Source: Lingula anatina
Taxonomy: Eukaryota; Animalia; Brachiopoda
Length of the DNA stretch: 64,000 nt
Assembly (NCBI GenBank): GCA_051362555.1
Contig: CM120646.1
Location: 7,750,001 to 7,814,000 of the forward strand
Direction: 5' to 3'
In this document: in pieces, positions 54,926 through 64,000 of the stretch
Position numbering within the stretch: the stretch's first letter is position 1
How the letters are laid out: every line of letters starts with the position of its first letter
Made by a program: the position numbers and the translations under genes
The notes under the pieces: model-generated
Told to the model about the DNA's origin: nothing
Database searches by the model: none
What the model saw: only the letters and a program-made list of their open reading frames with translations

Positions 54926-55023
54926 GTGTAACTACACACAAGGTTTAAAGGTTGTGGGGTACCTCCCTCAGGGTTCATGACGTAACCACTTGGAAGGCAA
55001 GCCAGCTAATGTTACTTCTTACC
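54926..55023 (-). pseudogene. Truncated, inactivated V exon
   Basis: Homologous to the start of the R2 V exon, but the acceptor AG is lost, TTA is changed to TAA, there is a 1-nt frameshift, and homology ends after LVCSYT. Confidence 0.85.
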
Positions 55024-55583
55024 CCAAACAAGGGTAACAGGAAAAGGAAAGAATCGAGATATAAATGCATTCTTGGGCAGTGTGTAGCCTGTGACGATTG
55101 ACAAAAATCACGGTGTATCATTCCCAACTGTGCCTAGAGTCTTCATTTTGTTCTTAAAATGCGTTTTCTTTGCGTTTGTGTTCTTGTTTGAACGGAGGCA
55201 GGTATTGATCTGATATCACTATAGTTTAGAAACTTGATCAATATCAGACCAGTAAAATGAGGTCATGTCTGTTTATGTTATTTTCTGCAATGAACTCCAT
55301 CTTAACTCAATCGATTTATACCAATAAGTAATTATGGGACCCCTCCCTGCCAAAATGCAGATTTTTTAATTCATAACTCTTACAGGGAAATTAGAAAACG
55401 AGTTATTAAGTTCAATTTTTGTTTCGATGAAGAATGTACCATTCTGTTGATACATCAAGTCATGGGATTTGAGTAGGACGCATCCCCCAGGTATCTATTG
55501 TCTCGGCCTAGGACAAGCTGAACTATTTTAGTATGGCTAACATACTTTGAAGCACCGTAAAGAGCATCACTTTTACTTCCTAC

Positions 55584-55638
55584 CTTTAGTTGAATATGGA
55601 GCTGCACAGAGCAGCACATAAAGACACCACTCCTTCAT
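55584..55638 (-). CDS. Intact leader exon MKEWCLYVLLCAAPYSTK (putative start of R3)
   Basis: 55 nt, phase-1 donor AAAG/gtagga. Paralogue of 62597-62651. Confidence 0.82.
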
Positions 55639-57546
55639 GATCCCCCTTTGTGTTACCTTTCGTTGTTCATACATCAATAAGCTGCAGTCACTTTTCTATT
55701 GACAGTTAAAATTTACGTCCCCACTGCTACCCTATACGCAAAATGGCACCACAGTGCAACTAACACAATTAACTGTCGGTACAGAAAGTGATGCTGTATA
55801 AATTACAGCATCATGGGATTTCTTAGTTGTGAAGGGTTGATCATTGCTGTGCTATGTTACGAAATATGTTAAGAAAGTGCAAATATTATTAACACATAGC
55901 AAAAAAAAAAATACCCCGAATATTTAGAATGGTTCAGAATATATAGAATGGTTGCCACTGATCGCTGATGAGGGTACAGAAATCACACCCTGGTTGCTCA
56001 ATGGATGCACAAATATCGCAATGAACGTTGAAGGCTGCACAGTGGACTCACATGGGAGTTGAAAGTCATTCAGGTCGCTGGCAATTGGACATGAAATCCA
56101 GCCTTGGTCGTTGAAAACACACATAAGGGTAACAGACACATTTACACGGACACGGTTTTCTTGCATTGGCGACCACTGAGCGTCCTGCAGGCTAAATCTT
56201 TGGTCGTAGAGAGTCGCAGAAAGCATGCATTCAGTGATGGGGGCTTTAGTGATACACTGTATTTTGTTGTGCTATTTCTACACTGTAAAACATATATCGA
56301 TTTTATCAAGGGACATTTTTTATGTCATTTTGAGTCTGGAATTCATTGTCGCGCATAGTGACTGCCAAATGATTGCATGGACGTGGATGTTTCCAGAAGG
56401 GTTTTATTTAACAACAAATACGCACATAAAAACATGTGACGCACAAATTGTAATGAAGAAAATCAAGTTTTCAGTGTTGTGTACATTAAATTTTATATTA
56501 TTAACTTTATTATTTACGGATTTTAATCATATAGAACAATAAAAGGGATTAATAAAAATCGGTTTGAATATAATTTATTCAAATGTTAAAATTAAATCAC
56601 AGAACACCTTTATAATACATGTATGTCTATACGTAAAATAAAATTACCCACGTTACATCCAGATAAAAACATCTGTTAAGATATAAATGAACTGTTTCTT
56701 GGCATCCATGAAAACAAACCAATCTAGCTTTTAGGTGAAAAATGCTTATGTATTAATATTATCACATACACCCTTCTACATGGGTATTCCTCACTGCAAT
56801 ACTTACTTACAACTGTTTAAGCTAGCGACAATTCCTATAAAACCCAAAAGTTTAGGCAACAGGTTGAAGACGCTAAAAGCAATAACTGATGACTTATATA
56901 TCTAGGAATCAATTCTTCATTTAAGCAAAGTAATAAGCAACACATTGTCACAGTGAAAGCAAATTCCTTGAATCCTCCTACGTAATGTGAAAATACAACA
57001 CAGTCTTGGAATGTAACAAAACTATTACAGCCAATACCAACAAGTTTTCAACAATTAATTGATTTTATTAATGCCTAAAATCACAGATGTTCTCCTCTAA
57101 CAGTTTAGTCGTAGCTTGCGACACCAAACTAGCATGTTATCATAATTCAATACTGTACAGTGTGAAAATACTTAAAATCGGAATCATTTACTATAAATTG
57201 TTTTGCCTGCGTCATATACTTGTATGCAAGAAGCATGGCACTTTGATGATTGTATGACATATGCATGTAAATTTACATCTTCAAGTCATTTTGTTATACA
57301 TTGAACATTGTGGATCTTTTTAATTACGAACCAAGTACATGTTAAGAGGTTCCTGACTATAACGAAACATCTTCAACTATTGTACAGCCACAAAATGTGG
57401 AGTTCAAGATCGTTAAATCTGCAATTTTCATGATAATTTCCTATTCTTTAAGGGTTTAATATTTTTACCCTTAGGCATATTATACAATACAATCACTCAT
57501 TTGGGCCACCTTTGAATTGACTAGTCTTGAGGTCATCCTTGGAAAG

Positions 57547-57923
57547 TTAAATGTAATTATAGTCACCAATACCATTTGTGGCGGTAGACGGCAATAGGTT
57601 CTCTCCAAGTTGCATGTATTGCCCATCTGAACGGTTATCCCGTCGAAGTTCTTCGTAACTATTCGCCAATGCAGTATCGTCATAGTCAACATGAACCCAA
57701 TCAAAACCAGAGGAATGATCTGTCGCGCGATTCATAGATACTTGGACATTGAATGGACTGTTAACAGTGTTTGTAATAACACTGCCATGTTGCTGTTCAG
57801 AAGCTTGTGATTTGAGTCTCCTGGACAATGACCGAATGCGGAATACAAGGTATGCAATTATGCAAATAAGGCACATTGCTAACAACGATATCACAATGAT
57901 TGATACTGTTCTCCCATCAATGC
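57547..57923 (-). CDS. R2 TM + cytoplasmic exon with YEEL-x9-YMQL and terminal YNYI
   Basis: GIDGRTVSIIVISLLAMCLICIIAYLVF-RIR...VDYDDTALANSYEELRRDNRSDGQYMQL...GDYNYI-stop. Confidence 0.87.
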
Positions 57924-60900
57924 CTGTAATACAAAAAATATAATTTAAATGGGTTGCCAAGTATAATCCTTTCTGATTTTTGTTAACTGAAACATAATAT
58001 ACCCAGTGGTACGACCACACTAAAATATTCACCCGGAATGTCTAATGATCTACAACGTTCACATTTAATTTATAAGGATGGCACAGAAGCATAGTTAGTC
58101 GGATGAGAGTGTCCCAGTACCAAGAAAAGAGGGTGATGAATACAGATTATCGAGTAGAAGTTATCTGACTTTTGTCAACTGAAACATAATATACACATTG
58201 GTAGCACCACTGTAAAATATCAACCCGGAATGTCTTATGATGTGCCACGTTCACGTTTATGATACCGAAGCATGGTTAACCGTATGAGAGTGTCCCAGTA
58301 CAAAGAAGATTATCAAGTAGAAGTTCACGGTCGGTTACCAAAGCCCCCACCCCGCCCACCCCTTCAACCAACAGGTACTGAGTACTGTACACCTCAGTTT
58401 GTGTTCCGCAGTGCTCTTGGTTTAATTACATGTTGTTGTAGTTGGAGACACTGCAAATGTGATATAAGAGAAATACAAAACAGACTATAAATGAATAAAT
58501 TAATATGTAACCAAGTATATTCCCTGAAAAATAATTAGCGTCACCTAAACTGACTAAGATTGTTTGCATTACAGCTGGAAAGGTTGTGGTGGAATGTAAA
58601 CCTGTATGATCTTCCAATTGGCTATGCCAGATAAAGCGTGAAAATTGACTTAAACTAACGAGTACTTTATGGTTGGCTTGAAAAGTTTTTTATCATATTT
58701 TGAAGCAAACGAAAACAATTTACTCCGAACTGCACCTACCTCCTGTAGATTTTGCAGGTTTGTTAGCTGAGAGAGCTGAAAAAACATAAAGAGGCACTTA
58801 TTATTCAATCGACTACTTGCCGAGAGAAAACTAATTATAATCCTTGCATCATTGGGGGCTTGTCGATCCTATTGCAAAGAAAAATAATGCAGAAATGTGG
58901 AGCAATAAAATAAAATAAAATATGAACGAGTGAGTGTTGGAGTATATTTTTGGTATCGGAACTCTCATAGATCAATGTGACTATATTATTTTAAATAATG
59001 CCAACTTTCAAGAGTTGAAAGGCTTTTTGGTTCACTTTTTGAAGGACATTTACATTTAAAACTTAATGTTTAAGGCACTCTATTCGCCGTTTACCTGCCA
59101 AATTGACTTTTCCTCTGAAAACGACAATTTTCACTTACTAACAAATCATTGACGGCACTTGGAATCGGGGTTTCATTCGATTTTAGTTTGATTTGTTTCT
59201 AAATAAGTCACCAGTTATTTAGAAAGCTATGTCATCTTGTATATTTCAAAAATAACAACCGACGTCAAGCACTTATATTTCAGGGGTTTTTATATAGTTC
59301 TTAACGTAAGAATTAGACTTTGAATTATTTCAAAAGTGTACATTTTATTTTACTTTTAATTCTACGCCCAAGTAGATAAACATATAATGAATGCACGGAT
59401 GTGCATTCCATGTAAATAGGTAAAACCGGATAAGGCATGAGAAATGAATGGGGGACTTAATACGTCCATTCTTTTTTATTAGGACAAATAGTTTTAAAAT
59501 GAAGCAATTAAGAAAAATAAATGCATCATAAATTGTACCTACCTGCATCATTAGTTGATTTCATAGTAGTGGTAGTTGAAGGAGCTAAAAAGGGAATTCA
59601 GTCACTTCTTAAGATATGTGATAATAATTGTACCTCATGTAGGCCTACATCCATGAGCCAAGAAGAATGATTCAGAAAAGCAGTAAAACGAGCACGCACA
59701 AGTATGGTGTTGAAATATGTTTTACTGAGTATGTTACAAACAAAGATATAAGCTCTTTGCGGTAAAGTTAAGGCTTTTCCAGTAGACTTGCCCTTCAAGA
59801 AATCGACGGAAAATAGCTCTTTTTCAAATTTGAATGGGCACTGTAGAAAACATATAACAGCTAAAGCTCTCAAATTAAGCACATATGTGTGATATCATGT
59901 GAAGAATAAGTTCTGTAAATTTCAATCCAAGCAGTTCAGTACATTTTGAGACAGAACGCTTTAAATGTGCAGCAAACCGTAACGCTTATCCCTTCAAGAT
60001 CTCGACGAAAACCGGAAGTGCGTCATGACGTCTCTCACTTCTACTTGGAAAGCTGCTGGGTGATTTTCCGATGAGAAATATTTCGTGACTCATACAAATG
60101 TTCGGAAAATGACCATGCAGATAAAAGAAAATTCACTAATCAAAACTGAAACTGCGTAATTACATAGAAAAACATTGTGCATTCCTAACCTCGACTTGTC
60201 AGTGTAAACAAAGTGTACTGAACGCATCGCAAGCAAGCACGAGAATGCCGCGTTTGATACTTTGTATCAGACGCTTCGTTTTACTTGACAACACAGTGTT
60301 TACGATGGGCATGACAGGAAAAACAGTGCAAAAAACACGCACTTCCGGTTTTCGTCGATTTCTTGAAGGCGTCGATTTCTTGAAGGGCGAGTCTACCTTA
60401 TTTTGGTCCGCAAGTGAAATGAAATGAACAAACTACCAATCCGAGTAAAATACACAAACCAAATATACATACCAGCACTTTCAGGCACTATAACACTTGT
60501 CTTGGTTTGACTTGTCAGTGAATCGTGCAGTAGTTGGCAAATTACTTGAGCTGGATCTGCATGGTTTGCCATCACTTCTACTTCACTTTCCACCAGAAAG
60601 GAATCTCCCTGGGGTGTCACCGTGTTCGCTGTTGCATTTATCGCGACCTCCATCTGATCAGAACTTTGCATTTTAAACCATTTTATCTCAGGTGCTGGTC
60701 TGCCGCCATCAGAGGAACAAGATACCCGGTAGGTGCCCGTAGCGACTTCAGGTCCTCGTGTAATCTGGGGTGGGTTTGGTCGATCTACAAAGTAGTAAAA
60801 TTTTAAATTACATATGAAATCAAATCTTTGCCACTTAACCAAACCAATGAAATCATATGGTTTCAAAAACATAGATATAACAAATGTTTTCGTCGAATAC

Positions 60901-62651
60901 ATTCAGAATATGATATTTAAGGAAGTAGGTTCTACTTTCTATTTATGCTACAGTATATATAACCCTTTGTTGTTTCCATCAATAATCATTTGAATATTAA
61001 TGTAATTGCTTGTGCAATAATAATGCGCTACACATTACTACTTTATTTGGTGGACTTTTACGAACCGGAGTCACGGATAAACAGAGTAAGTTTACGACCA
61101 GAATATTTTAGAAGGTGCAGTTATAAAGTTTTGCTTTGGCTGACCAAGTGATTTATTAAGTTTATCCTTTGTCAACTTTGTCAACTTTATCCAATGTCGA
61201 CTCTCTTTGAATCATATAAGAAACTAGTCGAAATTGTTATTATGCGTTATAGGGAACATACGCTTGCTTCAAACATGTATGTAATTTAAACATAATACAG
61301 CAGACGGTGCACTTAAAACATTCAAGATGTATGTGAGTCATGCCAACATTTGGTATTAGTCTTTAAGTTGACCCATTCAGAAAATTTACACCTGCATATG
61401 ATTACTGGTGAAATAGAAGTGATAACACCTAGTAGGAGGTGCAGGCAATCATAGTCTATCAAGGTCTAATGTACAACCTCTAATGGAAAACGCTTTATTA
61501 ATATAATTTTAGGATGTTGGTCCATGCCTACTTAAATAGTAATGACTTCCTCCTTTTCTTCTAAATTATGATCAACTTTCAATACTTTCTCTCTATGGAC
61601 AGAAATCAAACATGCTAATACTTCAGTGATTTACTTACAAAGTAAACTAAGGATTTGCTCGTCAGTTGTCACGGTGGCTACATTGAATTCAGTGTTAACA
61701 CGACATGTATAGCTCCCCTCATCTGCCATGGTGACTCCACCGATTGTTAACGTGTATGATGGATCAGAGGCTGTGGTCGTCACATCAGCTCTAGTTTCAT
61801 AGCTGTGGAGTTTCCTGGGAGCTCCGGTGGATACCCGTATTACTACTATTTGGTTTGCTATGTCAGTTCCATCTTTGAAAAAAGTCACATACGTGGAAGT
61901 CTCTCCAGGATCCACTGTGTAACTGCACACAAGGTTTAGTGGTTGTGGGTTGCCTCCCTCAGGATTTATGACGTACCCATTGGCAGGCAAACCAGCTAAT
62001 GTTACTTCTAACCCTAAAACAGGATACATCTTTCATTTAAATGACAAATGTAGCTTCTCCACTTATATTATCAAAAAAGAATAGAGATATTTATGTTACC
62101 GTGGGAAGCATTCAAGCCTGGGACGATTGGTTTGAATCTTTAAATGCTAGTTATCTGCATTTGTTTTCTTGTTTGAACGGAGACGGATATTGAACCGTTG
62201 TTATTATGCCGGTGTGGTTTAGGAACTTTATCAAGGTTTCACCAGTAAAATGAGGTCATGACTGTTTATCTGAATTTCTGCAATGACATCCATCTTAATT
62301 CAATCGACTGCTTAGCATTTATACCAGGAAGTAATGATGAAATCCGTCCCTGCCAAAATGAAGCTTTTTTATTTACTTTATATCCCTTGCAGGGTAATAA
62401 TGAAAAGAGTTATTATGTTCTCTTTTTTTTTTTTTTTTTTTTTTTGATGAGGAAAATATCATTCTGTTGATAAATCGAGTCGGGGGGTTGAGGAGGACGC
62501 ATACCCCGGTATCTATGACCAAGAAGAAGCTGAAATAATTTTAAGATGGCTCACATACTTTGAAGCAGCGTACATTGCAACACTTTTACTTCCTACCTTT
62601 AGTTGTATATGGAGCTACACAGATCAGCACATAAAGACACCACGTCTTCAT
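57547..62651 (-). CDS. R2: type-I membrane IgSF receptor (V + C, stalk, TM, ITAM-like tail), 386 aa
   Basis: Exons 62651-62597 leader MKTWCLYVLICVAPYTTK; 62013-61639 V; 60784-60473 C; 59584-59543 APSTTTTMKSTNDA; 57923-57547 TM and tail. All GT-AG phase 1, total 1161 nt, open. Confidence 0.87.
59785..60393. mobile_element. Non-autonomous TIR element with TA TSD
   Basis: TIRs GACTTGCCCTTCAAGAAATCGACG / CGTCGATTTCTTGAAGGGCGAGTC flanked by TA. Empty site in the paralogous intron at ~47480. Confidence 0.82.
60473..60784 (-). CDS. R2 C-type Ig exon
   Basis: 312 nt, phase 1-1, open. Confidence 0.92.
61639..62013 (-). CDS. R2 V-set Ig exon
   Basis: 375 nt, phase 1-1, open. LVCSY...DEGSYTC. Confidence 0.92.
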
Positions 62652-63020
62652 CGTCTTCCTCTGTGTTGTCTCTCGTCGAATGTACCTTAATAAGCCGCAG
62701 TCACTTTTGTAATGAGAGGTAAAAATAACATCCTCCGCAGCACAACTAACACAATTAACCGTCGGTACAAAGCGTGTTGCTGTATAAAGTGCAGCATCAT
62801 TGTATTTTTTATTTATAAAGTGTAAATCATTGCTGTGCAATTTTCAAAAATAAGTTAAGGAAGTGCAAATATTGAAACATTCATTTATAATACAGAGAAA
62901 AAAACAGAATATTCTCAATTTTTAATAAATGTGCTTTCAGAAACTAAACCCAGAACAGGATGCTAAGCGTATTAAACTTATCTGTATTTACAGTACATTT
63001 TAGCACAACTGCATCTTAAG
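62652..63020 (-). promoter_or_regulatory. 5'UTR/promoter block shared by the three minus-strand leaders
   Basis: Collinear with ~49511-49905 and ~55639-55920 (e.g. CAACTAACACA.TTAAC.GTCGGT, GCTGTATAAA, GCAAATATT). Function is inferred from position only. Confidence 0.45.
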
Positions 63021-64000
63021 TCACAAAGAAGCATCAATAATTTTATTCTCCTCTTTTCACTAAAAAACTAATGGTAGAAGTAACAGAACTCGAGACTAAA
63101 CATTTCAGCACTCCAGGTTGCACAACAGTCGCTAAAGGACGCCCAAAAAAACGGTCATCGGTCTAACAGGAGGCAGAAAGTTCGTAAATGGTCGCCACTA
63201 ATCGCCGATATAGGTACAGAAAACGCAACGTGGTTGCTCAACGGACGCTCAAACATGGCAAAGGACTCCATAGGTTGCACAGTGGATGCACAGGGGAGGC
63301 AGGCAAGTCGTTCAGTAGACGCACAGGCCGCCAATTTTTACAGGAAATCTAGATTTGGTCGTTGAAAAGACACATCGCAGCAGAAAAAATAATAACATCA
63401 CTGGTGGATCTACATTATCAAGTAGGTGGGACATACATTTTCAGTAACCAGTGCCACACCTTTCTATCGAAGCCTATAAAGTAGCATATATACTCCCCTA
63501 GGAAAAAGTATCACTCATACCGCAATTATGAATAGTACTACAAGGGTACCCATATATTTAATTTAAATATTGCATAACAACTAGTCATCCTATCATCATG
63601 TAAAATAGGGGTGTGAGTGATGGGACATTGGCCTATTTAGCGTGAACACTGAAACCCAACACCGATTATCATTTTTTTTAATGTGGCTCGTAATTCAGAG
63701 GGATACATTTCTACCAAGCGGCTGACACAGGAGCTAGTTTTGACCCGCCGAAGTGCCAGGAGGTTGGGGTTTTCCATAAGTGTTGGGTGTTGGGTTGGGG
63801 AAGAGCCGATAAGCAGTATCTACCCAATTTTTCTGCCTCTGTCCCACAGTACGCGCCTCTCCCATACTGTAAGCAATGGCATGGGAATTCTGTCGAAAAT
63901 ATCTTTGGTAACGACATGTTAATTCCAGTGTTCACTTCCATAATGTGATGACATCATGTGATGTGATATAATGTAATGTAATAAATTTGGTTTATATTAA

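Noticed and set aside
57547-57690. Canonical ITIM in the R2/R3 or R1 tails
   Set aside because: The residue at Y-2 of the YxxL/I motifs is N or G, not I/V/L/S. The R1 tyrosines (NPAYP, EEYKP) lack the +3 L/V. So this is not a classical inhibitory/activating pair.
26441-62013. V(D)J-type rearranging locus with recombination signals
   Set aside because: Each V exon is complete through the G strand and ends in a GT donor. CACAGTG occurs inside V exons and upstream of leaders but without a correctly spaced nonamer. No J segments or RAG-like ORF were seen.

Overview
AT-rich, repeat-rich, intron-containing animal DNA. The Nereis-type SCP gene suggests a lophotrochozoan invertebrate (inference). 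The left third holds nested DNA transposons, LINE remnants and an uninterrupted-CDS sarcoplasmic calcium-binding protein gene (10252-10794, -). From about 20 kb to 63 kb lies a cluster of immunoglobulin-superfamily type-I membrane receptor genes. They share one exon kit of phase-1 cassettes: leader, 375-nt V-set exon, 312-nt C-type exon, 42-nt Ser/Thr stalk exon, then TM/tail. R1 (+, 20127-31107, 8 coding exons, 359 aa) has a junction/adhesion-type tail with NPAY and a C-terminal PDZ-type TTV. R2 (-, 62651-57547, 386 aa) has a very similar ectodomain joined to an unrelated tail with an ITAM-like YEEL-x9-YMQL. Between them are a dead leader, a dead V exon and five intact Ig exons that can be joined in frame into a V-V-C-stalk-V-C-TM receptor (R3) whose ITAM-like motif is halved by an 11-nt deletion. 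V-domain differences cluster in CDR-equivalent loops, and the exons show mosaic identity tracts across inverted genes. The best reading is a candidate invertebrate paired/decoy or allorecognition-type Ig receptor locus. All gene models were read by eye from splice signals and reading frame; no expression data or database searches were available.
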